NCBI GenBank assembly: GCA_044240165.1
Contig: JBIIAA010000001.1
Location: 1 to 50,903 of the forward strand
Direction: 5' to 3'
Length of the DNA stretch: 50,903 bases
From: Candidatus Nanopelagicales bacterium
Lineage (GTDB): Bacteria > Actinomycetota > Actinomycetes > S36-B12
Shown here: in pieces, positions 18,352 to 30,489 of the stretch
Layout of the letters: each line of letters begins with the position of its first letter
How positions within the stretch are numbered: position 1 is the stretch's first letter
The notes under the pieces: model-generated
Databases searched by the model: none
Seen by the model: only the letters and a program-made list of their open reading frames with translations
Told to the model about the DNA's origin: nothing
Program-made: the position numbers and the translations under genes

Positions 18352-19092
18352 ATGCGAATCGTGTTGCTAACTCGCGCCATGGAATCTTCCGCCGAAGTAC
18401 TTCCGGCCCTCATGCTCCTCACGCATCAAGTGCGCACTTTGCCTGCTGAACCCACTGCCCTTTTGAATGCTCCCGAGTGTGACATTCTCCTTGTCGATGG
18501 CCGTCGGGATTTACCCGCGGTTCGCGGTTTAACCCGGCTCCTTCAGCAAACTGGCGTCAGCGCTCCACTTGTGTTGGTGACCACTGAAGGCGGCCTATCT
18601 GCCGTTCAATGGGATTGGGGTATCGACGAAGTTCTACTCGACACCGCTTCTCCTGCCGAAGTCGAAGCCCGGTTACGTCTCGCTGCCTCCCGGACCACCC
18701 CTGAAGTAGATGCCAGCGCTGGCGACAACGAAGAGATTCGTAGCGGCCAATTGACGATCGACGAGGGCACCTACACGGCGAAACTGCGCGGACGAGCGCT
18801 CGACTTAACATTCAAAGAATTTGAACTTCTGAAGTATCTAGCCCAGCACCCAGGCCGAGTTTTCACCCGAGCCTTGCTCTTGCAAGAAGTCTGGGGCTAC
18901 GACTACTTCGGTGGCACCCGCACAGTTGATGTGCACGTTCGTCGGTTGCGCGCAAAGTTGGGCGCTGAGTACGAAGCCCTCATCGGCACTGTGCGCAATG
19001 TTGGTTACAGGTTTGTTCCCCAACATATGGATGAAGCCACAATGGCGGTTCTCGAAGAAGAAGACCGAGAAATTCAAGTTGGGCAGGATTGA
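18352..19092 (+). CDS. glnR: Orphan OmpR-type regulator GlnR (atypical receiver)
   Basis: The C-terminus [70 protein letters not shown] closely matches remembered mycobacterial GlnR. The acidic DD pair is absent from the receiver (VLLTRAM). It precedes mshD, as Rv0818 precedes Rv0819. ATG 18352 follows GAGGGAGG. Confidence 0.85.
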   Translation: MRIVLLTRAMESSAEVLPALMLLTHQVRTLPAEPTALLNAPECDILLVDGRRDLPAVRGLTRLLQQTGVSAPLVLVTTEGGLSAVQWDWGIDEVLLDTASPAEVEARLRLAASRTTPEVDASAGDNEEIRSGQLTIDEGTYTAKLRGRALDLTFKEFELLKYLAQHPGRVFTRALLLQEVWGYDYFGGTRTVDVHVRRLRAKLGAEYEALIGTVRNVGYRFVPQHMDEATMAVLEEEDREIQVGQD

Positions 19093-20033
19093 TTGTGGAT
19101 GGTTTGCAAATCGTCCAACGGCTTAACCCTGATCAGATCGCACAAGCCGTTGACCTCATTGACGCTATTGCGCTCCATGATGGACTTTCCCCCGTTTCCG
19201 AACATGTGTTTTTGCACTTGCGGCACGGTGGCGATGACGAAAGCTTGCACTTCCTGCTTTCAAAAAATGACGAACTCATTGGATACGCACACCTAGACGT
19301 CACGGATAAAGTCGAAGGTCCAATCGCTGAAATAGCTCTCGCACCAGACCACCGCGAGCAAGCCGTTGGCACTGATCTCATCACCGAGATTATCGGCGCC
19401 ACACCATCGGGTGATCTGCGCATGTGGGCTCATGGCGACCAGTCGGTTGCTGGCGCTTGGGCTCAAGACATGGGTTTTCGGCACATCCGCACGCTTTGGC
19501 AAATGCGCCGATCTTTACTGGCTCCGCTACCGCAGGCGGTCTTTACCGACGACGTTGACCTTCGCACCTTTGTTCCTGGCCAAGACGATGATGAATGGGT
19601 TGCGATGAATGCTCTCGCATTTGCTCACCACGGAGAGCAGGGCGACTGGACAATCGATGATCTGCACCAGCGCATGGCTGAACCTTGGTTTTCGATCCCA
19701 GGTTTCTTCGTCGCCGAAGACCGAGATACTAAAAAAATGCTCGGTTTTCACTGGACAAAAATTCATGGGTTTATTGATGAACCAGGTCACGAAGATCACG
19801 TGCATGATGCCATCGGCGAAGTTTATGTCGTGGGAGTCGATCCAAATGTGCAAGGAAAAGGTCTTGGCAAAGCACTCACGCTGGCAGGGCTACACCACCT
19901 GCGATCACGTGGTTTGTCGCAATGCATGCTTTATGTCGATGCCACCAATACCTCAGCCATCAAGCTCTATGAAGCCCTTGGGTTTGCCCGCTGGGACGCC
20001 GACGTTATGTATCGACATGAAGTGGCCATCTAA
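19089..20033 (+). CDS. mshD: Mycothiol synthase (tandem GNAT acetyltransferase)
   Basis: Two GNAT modules are present, with a typical second Q/RxxGxG motif ([10 protein letters not shown]). The TTG start overlaps the glnR stop. Confidence 0.85.
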   Translation: MIVDGLQIVQRLNPDQIAQAVDLIDAIALHDGLSPVSEHVFLHLRHGGDDESLHFLLSKNDELIGYAHLDVTDKVEGPIAEIALAPDHREQAVGTDLITEIIGATPSGDLRMWAHGDQSVAGAWAQDMGFRHIRTLWQMRRSLLAPLPQAVFTDDVDLRTFVPGQDDDEWVAMNALAFAHHGEQGDWTIDDLHQRMAEPWFSIPGFFVAEDRDTKKMLGFHWTKIHGFIDEPGHEDHVHDAIGEVYVVGVDPNVQGKGLGKALTLAGLHHLRSRGLSQCMLYVDATNTSAIKLYEALGFARWDADVMYRHEVAI

Positions 20034-20073
20034 CGGCCAAGACTTGTTCACCTTGATGTGACACGATGCATAC

Positions 20074-22152
20074 GTGACTATTGAGACACCAGAGCTTCCT
20101 AAAGATCGGTTTCTGGACCGAGAACTCTCTTGGCTAGCTTTCAATCAGCGAGTCCTAGAACTGGCCGAAGATGAGAATCTGCCAATTCTGGAGCGCACGA
20201 AGTTCTTGGCGATTTTTGCCAGCAACCTGGACGAGTTCTTTATGGTTCGCGTGGCAGGGCTCAAGCGTCGCATTGCTACTGGCATGGCCGTTCGTTCGGC
20301 TAGCGGGTTCAACCCCAAAGAAGTTCTAGAGTCAATTTGGGAACGAGCGCACTCGCTGCAACGTGAGCACGCTCAAGTTTTCCGAGGTGAAATTCTTCCT
20401 GGACTGCTCGCAAATGGAATTGAACTATTGCGCTACGAGCAGCTCACTCAAGATGAGCGCACCGCGCTCGACACTTTTTTCCATGCTCAGGTGTTTCCGG
20501 TGCTCACCCCACTCGCAGTTGACCCTTCGCACCCTTTCCCTTATATCAGCGGGCTCTCACTGAATCTGGCCGTTGTTGTGCGCAATCCAATCTCGGGGAA
20601 CGAACTTTTTGCTCGCGTGAAGGTCCCACCTTCATTGCCGCGATTCGTTGCTCTTGGCGCGCAGCGCTTTGTGCCACTAGAAGACCTCATTGCAGAGCAT
20701 CTCAACGAACTCTTCCCAGGTATGCAGATTCTGCAGCACCACAGTTTCCGGGTGACTCGAAACGAAGATGTAGAAGTTGAAGAAGACGATGCAGAGAACT
20801 TGCTGCTCGCCCTTGAACGCGAACTTATGCGTCGCCGCTTTGGTCCGCCCGTGCGCCTTGAAGTTGAAGCATCAATCGATCCATATGTTCTCGAGCTCTT
20901 AATCAGTGAACTCGATGTCACCGCGAACGAAGTTTTCAGTTTGCCCGGACCCCTTGATCTCACTGGGCTTTGGGCATTTGTTGATCTTGATCGCCAAGAC
21001 TTGAAACAGCCACGTTTTGTTGGCCACACTTCTCGTCAACTTTCTGAAGTTGAATCCTCAACTCCACCCGATATTTTTGCGGTGGTGCGCGAACGTGACG
21101 TGCTTTTGCATCATCCGTATGACTCGTTTAGCACCAGCGTGCAACTCTTCTTAGAACAAGCCGCAAATGACCCACACGTCTTAGCTATCAAGCAGACCCT
21201 TTATCGAACATCAGGCGATTCACCTATCGTTGATTCGCTGATCACCGCAGCTCAAAATGGCAAGCAAGTGCTAGCAATCGTTGAGATTAAGGCTCGCTTC
21301 GATGAGCAAAACAACATCGACTGGAGCCGCAAACTCGAGCAGGCAGGCGTGCATGTGGTCTACGGGCTCGTGGGTCTAAAAACCCACGTCAAGGCTTCCA
21401 TGGTTGTACGTAATGACGGTGATCAACTTCGACGTTACTGCCACCTAGGCACGGGTAACTACCATCCAAAAACAGCACGCCTCTATGAAGACATGGGTCT
21501 ATTAACCTGTTCCGCAGAGGTTGGCGAAGATATATCGAATCTCTTCAATGTTTTGTCTGGTTATTCGATGAACACCACTTACTCACGTTTAATGGTCGCG
21601 CCTCACTCCGTTCGCACCGGGCTGATCGAACGCATTGATCGCGAAATAAGTAACCACCTTGCTGGCCTGCCTTCAGGTATTCGCATCAAGTGCAATGCCC
21701 TGGTAGATGAGCCAGTGATCGACGCTCTTTATCGAGCCGCAGCTGTTGGTGTGCAGATTCAAGTATTTGTTCGCGGTATCTGCGCACTTCGACCTGGTGT
21801 TCCAGGACTCAGCGAAACCATTCGCGTTATTAGCATTCTGGGTAGGTTCCTCGAACATTCTCGAGCCTTCTGCTTTGAAAATGGCGGCGAGCGTGAAGTC
21901 TGGATCGGTTCAGCAGACATGATGCACCGCAACCTCGATCGACGAGTCGAAACCTTGGTTCGTCTAGTAGAACCTGCGCAGATTGCATGGCTGAATGATC
22001 TTTTCGACATGGCGATGAGCCCGAACTTCTCATCTTGGGAGTTGGATTCCAACGGTGGCTGGACTCGGCACCTCAAAGCTGAAGATGGGTCATTACTTCT
22101 TGACTATCAGGAGACTCTGATTGCTCGCGCGCGATCTGCGGGAACACCTTGA
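20074..22152 (+). CDS. ppk: Polyphosphate kinase 1
   Basis: 692 aa. N-terminal [22 protein letters not shown], two PLD-like HKD regions, and the autophosphorylated His region (HLGTGNYH). Confidence 0.95.
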   Translation: MTIETPELPKDRFLDRELSWLAFNQRVLELAEDENLPILERTKFLAIFASNLDEFFMVRVAGLKRRIATGMAVRSASGFNPKEVLESIWERAHSLQREHAQVFRGEILPGLLANGIELLRYEQLTQDERTALDTFFHAQVFPVLTPLAVDPSHPFPYISGLSLNLAVVVRNPISGNELFARVKVPPSLPRFVALGAQRFVPLEDLIAEHLNELFPGMQILQHHSFRVTRNEDVEVEEDDAENLLLALERELMRRRFGPPVRLEVEASIDPYVLELLISELDVTANEVFSLPGPLDLTGLWAFVDLDRQDLKQPRFVGHTSRQLSEVESSTPPDIFAVVRERDVLLHHPYDSFSTSVQLFLEQAANDPHVLAIKQTLYRTSGDSPIVDSLITAAQNGKQVLAIVEIKARFDEQNNIDWSRKLEQAGVHVVYGLVGLKTHVKASMVVRNDGDQLRRYCHLGTGNYHPKTARLYEDMGLLTCSAEVGEDISNLFNVLSGYSMNTTYSRLMVAPHSVRTGLIERIDREISNHLAGLPSGIRIKCNALVDEPVIDALYRAAAVGVQIQVFVRGICALRPGVPGLSETIRVISILGRFLEHSRAFCFENGGEREVWIGSADMMHRNLDRRVETLVRLVEPAQIAWLNDLFDMAMSPNFSSWELDSNGGWTRHLKAEDGSLLLDYQETLIARARSAGTP

Positions 22153-23687
22153 CCGAACCCACTACTCACCGCGAAGTAGAACTCAAATTTCGAGTTCACC
22201 CTCTTTTTACTCTTCCTGACTTGTCAGAATTAGCTTCGCGCGTCGAAGAGCAGCCACCAATTAACTTGGTGGCTGTCTATCACGACACTGAAGCTCTCAC
22301 ATTGTTTCGTTGGCGAGTAACAATGCGCCGCCGAGAAGGCGGTCTGGATGCGGGTTGGCACCTCAAGCTTCCAGTTGCCGATGCCGATGAAGGCGTACGC
22401 GATGAACTCCACGCTCCGCTAAGTGCTGGCCAAGTTGGCCAGGTGCCTGCAGAACTTGTCGACATCATCGCTCCGCTGATCCAAGATCAAGCTTTGTCTC
22501 CCGTCGTTGAACTTAGGACTCGACGGACCCCCCATATTTTTTATTCCGATGAAGGTCTGGCACTCATCGAACTGGTTGACGACACTGTTCAGGTTCTTGA
22601 TCACAACGGTGAGATTGTCTCGGTTTTTCGAGAGATTGAGGTCGAATTACAAGACCACAACTCAGACACTGCACGTCACACCATGACTGCTGCTTGCGAT
22701 GCACTTCTGACCGCGGGAGCTGTCCCCGGCTCGACGAGCAAGGCTGCGTCGGCGCTTGGCCCTCGCGCTTCCGCACCGGCAGATGTTCCCGAGCTACCAA
22801 TGCCGAGTCCAAGCGGGATGGCCGCAGATGCAATTCGTGCGACCATTGCTAACCATGTTCGTGCCTTAATTTTCGCTGACGTTGGAGTGCGAAGGAATCT
22901 GCCTGACTCGGTGCATCAAGTTCGCGTCAGTGCACGTCGACTACGTAGCGTGCTACGAACCGTTGAACCTCTCCTCGATCGCGAGTGGTCAGCTGGGTTG
23001 AGTGCGGAACTTGCTTGGCTCGCTGATGAAATGGGGCTCATCCGCGACAGTGAGGTTCTGGAAAAACGCCTCCTTTCACACATCAAGCTCATTCCAGTCG
23101 AAGATGGCCACGTTGCAAGTGCAGTCATAAAGCAAGCACTTGATCGACGCATCGAAGTCGCTCGTCAAGGTGCTCTGGCTGCCATTCGTAGTGATCGACA
23201 CACGTATCTGATTCAAGACCTCATCGAGGCTGCTCGTGCACCTCAACTCCTTAATGGTGCATATCAAGCCTGCGAAGACGTTCTGCCCGAACTTGTGGCA
23301 AAAACTTGGCGAGTGCTACGTAAGTCATGCGGCGCTCTTGAAATCAGCGGCCCTGCACCTGAGTGGCATGCCGCTCGAATCAAAGCAAAACGTGCTCGGT
23401 ACGCCGTTGACTGTCTCACCCCCATCTTCGGTGGGAAAGTTGCAAAGTTTGGCAAGTCCCTTGCTGCAGTCACTGAAGTTCTTGGTGACCACCAAGACGC
23501 ATTTGTGGCTCAAGAGTTCTTGCGCGAACTTGCTTACCAAGATTCAACAAATGGAAGCGCAGGCTATGCGCTTGGTCTCTTGCACGGTGTTGAACTTGAG
23601 GCTGAAATGGACTCACGCTTCGAGTTCGTCGAATTATGGGAAAAAGCCCGGCACGCTGCGCAAAACTCGGGATTGATTGCAACATGA
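22149..23687 (+). CDS. CYTH (triphosphate tunnel) plus CHAD domain protein
   Basis: N-terminal EVELKF (ExExK CYTH signature). The C-terminal helical half has the conserved basic residues of CHAD ([22 protein letters not shown]). TTGA overlap with ppk. Confidence 0.8.
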   Translation: MTEPTTHREVELKFRVHPLFTLPDLSELASRVEEQPPINLVAVYHDTEALTLFRWRVTMRRREGGLDAGWHLKLPVADADEGVRDELHAPLSAGQVGQVPAELVDIIAPLIQDQALSPVVELRTRRTPHIFYSDEGLALIELVDDTVQVLDHNGEIVSVFREIEVELQDHNSDTARHTMTAACDALLTAGAVPGSTSKAASALGPRASAPADVPELPMPSPSGMAADAIRATIANHVRALIFADVGVRRNLPDSVHQVRVSARRLRSVLRTVEPLLDREWSAGLSAELAWLADEMGLIRDSEVLEKRLLSHIKLIPVEDGHVASAVIKQALDRRIEVARQGALAAIRSDRHTYLIQDLIEAARAPQLLNGAYQACEDVLPELVAKTWRVLRKSCGALEISGPAPEWHAARIKAKRARYAVDCLTPIFGGKVAKFGKSLAAVTEVLGDHQDAFVAQEFLRELAYQDSTNGSAGYALGLLHGVELEAEMDSRFEFVELWEKARHAAQNSGLIAT

Positions 23688-24607
23688 GCCCTTCAAGTTC
23701 CGACTCGGTAGTACGCGCTGCAGGTGTCGTTCTCCTTCGCGGAACCCAGGGCCGTTATGAAACCTTGGCTGTTCATCGCCCCCATCGCAGCGATTGGTCT
23801 TTACCCAAGGGAAAAATCGAACCGGGCGAACACGTCATTACGGCTGCCATTCGCGAGTGTGACGAGGAAACCGGGATTCAAGCAGTTCTGGGGGCTCGTC
23901 TTCCTACTCAGGAATACACGGCGTTGGGCCAACCCAAGACGGTTGATTACTGGGTTGCGCACATGAAAGCTGAAGAAGAATTTCAACCCAATGACGAAGT
24001 CGATGAGTTGCGATGGGTTAACGTGCAAAGCGCCCGACACTTGCTTACCTATGCGCATGACGTCAAATTAGTCGAGCAGGCGGCAACCCTTCCACCCACA
24101 CAGCCGCTCATTATTTTGCGTCACACCCAGGCCGTGAAACGTTCCGACTTTGACGGTCGGCATGATTACGATCGGCCGATTAATGGCAAGGGCCGCAGTC
24201 AAGCCAAGAGTTTGATCCCTTTGCTGGATGCCTACGGGATCACGGCAGTCCATTCCTCTGATGCACAGAGATGCACCCAGAGCGTGAAGCGGTTTGCGAA
24301 AGCTATTCAAGTACCCGTGATTCCGGAAGCATCTTTGAGTGAAGAGCGCTTCCTAGAGAATCCAAAACGGGTGACAAGCCGTATCCGCGACCTTGCGGGT
24401 CAGCAGCAATCACTAGTGATCTGTTCTCATCGTCCAGTGATGCCAACAATTTTAGAGGCGGTGGCAAAGACTTTAGGTGATGACCCATCACGTGGGTATT
24501 GGGATCCAAAGCTTGCGCCAGGATCCTTCATCGTCGTACATCGCGCCTTCGCACCAGACGGTACTCCGCGAGTAGTAAGCGTTGAACGTCACCAGATCGA
24601 TGAGTGA
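23684..24607 (+). CDS. mutT1: Nudix hydrolase fused to a histidine-phosphatase (SixA-like) domain, MutT1-like
   Basis: Nudix box GKIEPGEHVITAAIRECDEETGI, then IILRHTQA (RHG-type phosphatase motif). ATGA overlap with the upstream gene. Adjacent to ppk, as Rv2984/Rv2985. Confidence 0.8.
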   Translation: MSPSSSDSVVRAAGVVLLRGTQGRYETLAVHRPHRSDWSLPKGKIEPGEHVITAAIRECDEETGIQAVLGARLPTQEYTALGQPKTVDYWVAHMKAEEEFQPNDEVDELRWVNVQSARHLLTYAHDVKLVEQAATLPPTQPLIILRHTQAVKRSDFDGRHDYDRPINGKGRSQAKSLIPLLDAYGITAVHSSDAQRCTQSVKRFAKAIQVPVIPEASLSEERFLENPKRVTSRIRDLAGQQQSLVICSHRPVMPTILEAVAKTLGDDPSRGYWDPKLAPGSFIVVHRAFAPDGTPRVVSVERHQIDE

Positions 24608-24611
24608 CGCG

Positions 24612-25901
24612 TTAAACCACGGTAATTGTCACGCTGTGATTCGGTTTACCTCTGTTGAATGTCAGCAGACAAGAACCGCGTTTTTTCATGACAACGTAGG
24701 TGTCTTTAACTGTGCAAACGCTCGGTGTTGAGGACGTAATTTTAACGCCTGGTTGAATAGTTACTCCAGCCCACGAAGCAATTCTTTTCACCGTAATTTT
24801 GCTGCCAAGCTTCCTCGTTTTTATGATCGAAACAAACGGTGCAGCCACCATCGTTGTCGGCCCTGCACCAAAAGCGTTGGTGCCAACGATGGTGAAACTC
24901 AACGCCTGCCCGCTTGGCAGTTGATCAAATTCACATGAATTAGACGTGGTGGTGCACGTTTGGCTACTCGGAAGAGCCGTCACTTTCCAGATCGTTGAAT
25001 TCGAACCAGGGGTAGTCGGCGCCTTCCAGGTCACGACGACTCGGCTGCCCAAGTTACTAGCGATGAGGTCTGTGGGTGCCTCCGGAACTGCGGTAGCAAG
25101 ACTGCCTTGCTGCTGCAGCCATGGAAGAAACGAAGTGATTCTGGTGTACAAACCCGGATAGCCCGCTTTTGCACATTCGTTTCCGCTGCTCACTAAACCA
25201 GCAAGCACAGGAACTGACTCGCGGATAACCAGCGGACCACCGCTATCACCTTGGCAGGCGTCAACTGCACCTATAGGCGATCCTGCGCATACATCTTGGG
25301 CTGGATCCAGATCTGGGCCATATTGACCGCACGGTTCACCCGGCCCGGCAAGCACTGTCACGTCAGCGCGCATCAGTTGATCTGATGTTGCTGCATTTCC
25401 TGGCGCAGTTACTCCCCATCCAGTGATGGTTCCAGCGGTTCCATTTGCAGGCCAAGTGCTGAGTGACTGACCAAATGGCAGAGCGATCGGATAGACCTTG
25501 CCCGTGATGTCTACGGGCTTGGCCAGGGTTATCACACCAATGTCATTGGAAAACGTGCGCACATCAAAGCTTGGGTGCGCAATAGTGGCTGCGACTGGAA
25601 GCTCTTGGGCCCAGGATCGCTCGCTAGTTTTACTAATCCCGGCCCACACGCGCACATCATTAGCCGTGTAACCCACCAAGCAGTGTGCTGCTGTGACCAC
25701 GATTGTTGGCGAAACCAATGAACCTGAACATTGAGACGTGCCCCGCATCACGATGAATACCTGCCACGGTGAGGCATCGATTGAACCGGCGCTACCGCCA
25801 ATGATCCTTGGGGCTTGAGTTGGAACCGCACTTGCACTTTCGGCATTGACGAGCATCATGCAAGCTGCAAGAAAAATTGAAAAACCGCCAAGAACTTTCA
25901 T
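24612..25901 (-). CDS. Secreted trypsin-like (S1A) serine protease with C-terminal Fn3-like and unknown domains
   Basis: Signal peptide, an R-IIGG activation site, and the catalytic residues TAAHC, NDIGV and GDSGGP. Asp is present at the S1 pocket ([11 protein letters not shown]). ATGA overlap with the glgC stop. Confidence 0.85.
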   Translation of the reverse strand: MKVLGGFSIFLAACMMLVNAESASAVPTQAPRIIGGSAGSIDASPWQVFIVMRGTSQCSGSLVSPTIVVTAAHCLVGYTANDVRVWAGISKTSERSWAQELPVAATIAHPSFDVRTFSNDIGVITLAKPVDITGKVYPIALPFGQSLSTWPANGTAGTITGWGVTAPGNAATSDQLMRADVTVLAGPGEPCGQYGPDLDPAQDVCAGSPIGAVDACQGDSGGPLVIRESVPVLAGLVSSGNECAKAGYPGLYTRITSFLPWLQQQGSLATAVPEAPTDLIASNLGSRVVVTWKAPTTPGSNSTIWKVTALPSSQTCTTTSNSCEFDQLPSGQALSFTIVGTNAFGAGPTTMVAAPFVSIIKTRKLGSKITVKRIASWAGVTIQPGVKITSSTPSVCTVKDTYVVMKKRGSCLLTFNRGKPNHSVTITVV

Positions 25902-27121
25902 CGTTCAGCCAAGGTGCCCTTGCCTAGAACAACAATGCCACCATCGCTGACGGTGTACAGGCCACGATCCCTTTCAAGGTCGACACCAATTTGTGCGCCA
26001 TCTGGAATTACGGTGTTCTTGTCGAGGATCGCTCGACGAACAACGGCATTTTTACCAATCCGCACGCCAGGCATGACCACACTGCCTTCGACGTAGGCTC
26101 CCGAACCAATAGACACATTCGACGAGATCACTGACGTTCGCACATGCGCGCCCGAAATAATGGTTCCTGCTCCCACCATTGATTCGTGGGCATTGCCACC
26201 TTCAACAAACTTCGCGGGTGGCAACGATGGCAGGTTCGACAAGATCGGCCAACGGCGGTTGTAGAGATTAAAAATCGGATGCACAGAGACAAGATCCATG
26301 TGTGCATCGTGATAGGTATCAAGCGAGCCTACGTCGCGCCAATATCCGCTGTCTCGCTCCGTTGCACCAGGAACAATGTTGGTAGCAAAGTCATATACGC
26401 GAGCCAGTCCACGCGCGGTGAGCATCGGGATGATGTTGGTGCCCATGTCATGCAGTGAAGCCGGATCTGCGGCATCGACGCGCAATGCTTCGAGTAAGAC
26501 TTCAGTAGAGAAAACGTAGTTGCCCATCGATACGTAACAGGATTGATCGTCGCCCGGGATCGTCGGAGGATCAACGGGTTTTTCTAAGAATTGGGCAATC
26601 GTCTCGCCATCGGCCGCTGTTTGGATCACTCCAAAATCATGGGACTCCGATTTCGGCATGCGCAGACCAGCGACGGTAACTCCAGCGCCAGAAGCAATAT
26701 GAGCTTCAATCATTTGCATGGGATCCATGCGATAGACGTGGTCAGCTCCAAAAACGACGACGTAATCGGGTTCCTCGTCATAGACCAAGTTCAAACTCTG
26801 AAAAATTGCATCAGCGCTGCCGGTGTACCAACGCGGGCCGAGGCGCTGCTGCGCAGGCACCGGGGTGACGTAATCACCGAGCAAGGTCGGCATGCGCCAG
26901 GTCTGGGTCACGTGCCTATCAAGTGAGTGCGATTTGTATTGAGTAAGGACGCATACACGGCGCAGGCCTGCATTAATAAGATTTGAGAGGACAAAGTCGA
27001 TCAAACGGTACGAACCACCGAAAGGCACAGCGGGTTTGGCCCTATCCCCAGTCAGGGGCATCAATCGCTTTCCCTCACCACCGGCGAGGACCATGCACAA
27101 CACATGCGGTCCGCTACTCAC
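25898..27121 (-). CDS. glgC: Glucose-1-phosphate adenylyltransferase
   Basis: [27 protein letters not shown] is the N-terminal signature. A left-handed beta-helix C-terminus follows. GTG start. Confidence 0.95.
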   Translation of the reverse strand: MSSGPHVLCMVLAGGEGKRLMPLTGDRAKPAVPFGGSYRLIDFVLSNLINAGLRRVCVLTQYKSHSLDRHVTQTWRMPTLLGDYVTPVPAQQRLGPRWYTGSADAIFQSLNLVYDEEPDYVVVFGADHVYRMDPMQMIEAHIASGAGVTVAGLRMPKSESHDFGVIQTAADGETIAQFLEKPVDPPTIPGDDQSCYVSMGNYVFSTEVLLEALRVDAADPASLHDMGTNIIPMLTARGLARVYDFATNIVPGATERDSGYWRDVGSLDTYHDAHMDLVSVHPIFNLYNRRWPILSNLPSLPPAKFVEGGNAHESMVGAGTIISGAHVRTSVISSNVSIGSGAYVEGSVVMPGVRIGKNAVVRRAILDKNTVIPDGAQIGVDLERDRGLYTVSDGGIVVLGKGTLAER

Positions 27122-27184
27122 GTTCTCACCTTAGTGCCCAAGCGTGCGTATCCATGGGTTCAACGCAGTGCATATGCTCTTCGC

Positions 27185-28348
27185 GTGCGCATAGGAATTC
27201 TGACTCGCGAATGGCCACCTGAAATCTATGGCGGAGCGGGTGTCCACGTTGATCAACTCGTTCATGAACTGAAACGACTGACACCTGTGTATGTGCACTG
27301 CTTCGGCGGCCATCGCACTGACGCAATGGCCCACCCCGTGCCTACCAGCCTGCACGGCGCAAATCCCGCGTTGCAGACACTAGGCGTAGATCTTGAAATG
27401 GCTATGGCTCTATCTGACGTCGATCTTGTGCATTCGCACACTTGGTACACAAACTTCGCTGGCCACACTGCGTCGTTGCTGTATGGAATTCCGCATGTCA
27501 TCACTGCACATTCCCTTGAGCCCTTACGTCCTTGGAAAGAAGAGCAACTTGGCGGCGGTTATCGACTCTCTTCATGGGTTGAACGCACTTCATATGCGGA
27601 AGCGAAAGCTGTCATCGCAGTGAGCAATGGAATGCGCAACGACGTTCTCAGTGCATATCCATTTGTTGAACCTGATCGAGTACATGTTGTTCACAACGGC
27701 ATCGATACCTCGATTTACAAACCTGACTCAGCAACATCAACCCTCGAAGAGTTCGGAATTAACCCCGACAAGCCTTACCTGCTTTTCGTTGGTCGAATCA
27801 CTCGCCAAAAAGGTCTGGTTCACCTGCTGAGAGCAGCGAAGGACTTCGAAGGCGACATTCCACTTGTGATGTGCGCTTCTGCTGCAGACACTCCGGAAAT
27901 TGAAGTCGAGACTGCGAATGCCGTGAAAGAACTGCGGGAAGCTCGCGGTCAAGACAGCGTGATCTGGATTGAGAAGCAGGTAGATCGCGCAAAGTTGATT
28001 CAACTCTTTTCCCATGCCCAAGCTTTCTTGTGCCCGTCGATCTATGAACCACTTGGCATTGTGAATCTTGAAGCCATGGCCTGCGAAACAGCAGTGATTG
28101 CAAGCGATGTTGGCGGAATTCCTGAGGTGGTTTCTGATGGAACCACTGGGTTGCTTGTGCATTACGACGCTAAGGATCACGCCAAGTTTGAACATGATTT
28201 CGCCCAAGCAGTGAATTCACTTGCGAGCGACAGCACCCGAGCGACAGCCATGGGCAAGGCTGGGCGCGAACGAGCAGTTCAGCATTTCGGTTGGGATGCA
28301 ATTGCCGAACAAACCCTGAGCGTCTACCGAACTGCCATGGATTTGTAA
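27185..28348 (+). CDS. glgA: GT4 glycogen synthase-like glucosyltransferase (GlgA/GlgM type)
   Basis: VRIGILTREWPPEIYGGAGVHV matches the remembered Rv1212c-type N-terminus. An EPLGIVNLEAMA motif is present. GTG 27185 is preferred over the track start at 27104, which overlaps glgC. Confidence 0.85.
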   Translation: MRIGILTREWPPEIYGGAGVHVDQLVHELKRLTPVYVHCFGGHRTDAMAHPVPTSLHGANPALQTLGVDLEMAMALSDVDLVHSHTWYTNFAGHTASLLYGIPHVITAHSLEPLRPWKEEQLGGGYRLSSWVERTSYAEAKAVIAVSNGMRNDVLSAYPFVEPDRVHVVHNGIDTSIYKPDSATSTLEEFGINPDKPYLLFVGRITRQKGLVHLLRAAKDFEGDIPLVMCASAADTPEIEVETANAVKELREARGQDSVIWIEKQVDRAKLIQLFSHAQAFLCPSIYEPLGIVNLEAMACETAVIASDVGGIPEVVSDGTTGLLVHYDAKDHAKFEHDFAQAVNSLASDSTRATAMGKAGRERAVQHFGWDAIAEQTLSVYRTAMDL

Positions 28349-28385
28349 CGACTCACGTCGCGCTACACGCTATTAAAAGACAGCC

Positions 28386-29237
28386 CTATTTAAAGACAAC
28401 AGTCTTACGCCCCGCAAGCATGATTCGGTCTTCAGCGAATAACCGAACGGCTCGCGCAAGCACGAGGCGTTCAACATCTCGACCAATTTCAGCCAGATCA
28501 TTGGCCGATTGTGCGTGAGTCACACGCTCAACTTCTTGTTCAATGATCGGACCCTCATCGAGTTGAGCAGTGACGAAGTGTGCGGTCGCACCGATGAGTT
28601 TCACTCCACGATCATGCGCCTGGTGATACGGGCGTGCTCCCTTGAAACCGGGAAGAAAAGAATGATGAATATTGATAATTCGACCAGAGAGTTGCGAACA
28701 TAAATCATCAGACAACACCTGCATGTAACGAGCAAGGATCACGACATCGATGTTGTGCTCTTTGGTCAATCGCAGTAACTCAGCTTCCTGATCGGCTTTC
28801 GTGTCAGAAGTTACTGGCAAATAGACGTAGGGAATCCCGTGTCGCTGAGCGATATGTTCGCAGTCCGGGTGATTTGAAACGATCAACGGTATTTCAATAG
28901 GCAATTCACCGATTTCGTGGCGGTAGAGCAGATCGATCAAACAATGATCGTGCTTGGACACCATGATCAAGGCTCGTCGGCGATCACTCTCGCGACGCAA
29001 GGTCATCTCCGGATTGAATTGGGCCACCTGAGCAGTGATGGCCGTTCGCACATCTTCAAGTTCTAGAGGTGATTCAAATTTGGTGCGCAAACTAAATACA
29101 CCGGAGTCTTCATCGGTGAACTGGGCTTGCTCCAAAATATTGCCTTGCACTCCCAACAAGGAGCCCGTGACGGCATGCACGATGCCCGGGCCGTCGGCGC
29201 AGCGCAGGGTCAAGATGTAGTGCTCAATGACGCTCAT
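28386..29237 (-). CDS. purU: Formyltetrahydrofolate deformylase
   Basis: N-terminal ACT domain (ILTLRCADGPGIVHAVTG) plus a formyltransferase core (INIHHSFLPGFKGARPY). I chose ATG 29237. Confidence 0.9.
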   Translation of the reverse strand: MSVIEHYILTLRCADGPGIVHAVTGSLLGVQGNILEQAQFTDEDSGVFSLRTKFESPLELEDVRTAITAQVAQFNPEMTLRRESDRRRALIMVSKHDHCLIDLLYRHEIGELPIEIPLIVSNHPDCEHIAQRHGIPYVYLPVTSDTKADQEAELLRLTKEHNIDVVILARYMQVLSDDLCSQLSGRIINIHHSFLPGFKGARPYHQAHDRGVKLIGATAHFVTAQLDEGPIIEQEVERVTHAQSANDLAEIGRDVERLVLARAVRLFAEDRIMLAGRKTVVFK

Positions 29238-29285
29238 CTGATGCAATCTACGAGATCCCCTGCCCCTGCGGGTAGCGTGCCCCAA

Positions 29286-30467
29286 ATGAATGGCGTCGTG
29301 GTCGTGGGAACTGGCATCGCCGGGGTCCGTGCAGCGGAGGCCTTGCGAGCGTCGGGATACACAGAAGAAATTGCCTTGATCTCCCCCGAAACACCGATTT
29401 ATCGCCCGGCTGTCTCTAAAGAGGCCCTGCTAACCCCGCTCGTTGGTCAGGCAGCGATGCCGCTTAAGCGCAGCGCGGATGAGTTCACCTGGCTCCTTGG
29501 GCACCAGGTTGAGTCTGCAGACCTTGCCGCCAAATCATTGGTCACTCGTACTCCCGACGGCGAAATCGTCATTCACACCTTCGATGGTCTAGTCATCGCC
29601 TCTGGACTGCGTTCTCGCCAACTAGAGGTTCCTGGACCAACGCAAGGCCGCTTCACCTTACGAACGCTTCATGATGCGCAAGAACTTGAACCACACCTAA
29701 GAGAGGGTGCCCGAGTTGTCATTGTTGGTTCGGGATTTATCGGCTGTGAAGTGGCAGCCGCTGCGATAGCGCGCGGTGCTCAGGTCACGGTCATCTCGCC
29801 CGAAGCCACACCGCTTGCCAGCGCGATTGGCACCGAACTTGGCGAGCGGATCGCAGCCAAACATCGCAGCGAAGGAGTGGAATTCATTCTGAACGCATCG
29901 GTCCTTGAATTCCTAGGAACAGACACGGTCACTGGCTTGCGGCTGGATGATGGAACGCAGGTCCCAGCTGATGTGGTTGTCGAGGCCGTCGGTTCCCTGC
30001 CCAACACGGATTGGCTCGTTGCTAACAACCTTGATCTTGCCAATGGCGTACTTACCGATCAGTACCTACGCGCTGTAGGTACGTCTAGCCCCGTGGTGGT
30101 CTGTGGCGATATCGCGCGGCATCCAAATGCTTTATTCGGCTCGTCCGTTCGAAGGATCGAGCACTGGACAGCAGCGGGAGACATGGGTACGCATGCTGGA
30201 AGAACTTTGGCGCGACTGCTATCAGGAATAGATAATGAATGTCAGGCCTTCGCCACCGTGCCAGGCTTTTGGTCAGATCAGTACGACTTACAGATTCAAT
30301 CCTTTGGCATTCCAAGTTTGGGAACTGAAGTATCAATCATTGAAAGCGACGCTGCGGGTAACTGCATCGCCGAATATCGCGATGCGGCCGGACTCGTTGG
30401 TGTGGTTGGAATCAACAGAACAAGTGAAATTGCTTACTACCGAAAGATACTCAACTCGCGTTCCTAG
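29286..30467 (+). CDS. FAD/NAD(P)-dependent oxidoreductase, ferredoxin-reductase type
   Basis: Two dinucleotide folds (VVVVGTGIAGVRAA and VVIVGSGFIGCEVA) and a GD motif (VCGDIA). Start ATG 29286 lies after purU. Confidence 0.8.
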   Translation: MNGVVVVGTGIAGVRAAEALRASGYTEEIALISPETPIYRPAVSKEALLTPLVGQAAMPLKRSADEFTWLLGHQVESADLAAKSLVTRTPDGEIVIHTFDGLVIASGLRSRQLEVPGPTQGRFTLRTLHDAQELEPHLREGARVVIVGSGFIGCEVAAAAIARGAQVTVISPEATPLASAIGTELGERIAAKHRSEGVEFILNASVLEFLGTDTVTGLRLDDGTQVPADVVVEAVGSLPNTDWLVANNLDLANGVLTDQYLRAVGTSSPVVVCGDIARHPNALFGSSVRRIEHWTAAGDMGTHAGRTLARLLSGIDNECQAFATVPGFWSDQYDLQIQSFGIPSLGTEVSIIESDAAGNCIAEYRDAAGLVGVVGINRTSEIAYYRKILNSRS

Positions 30468-30489
30468 CGAATCGGACTAGTGTGAACAG

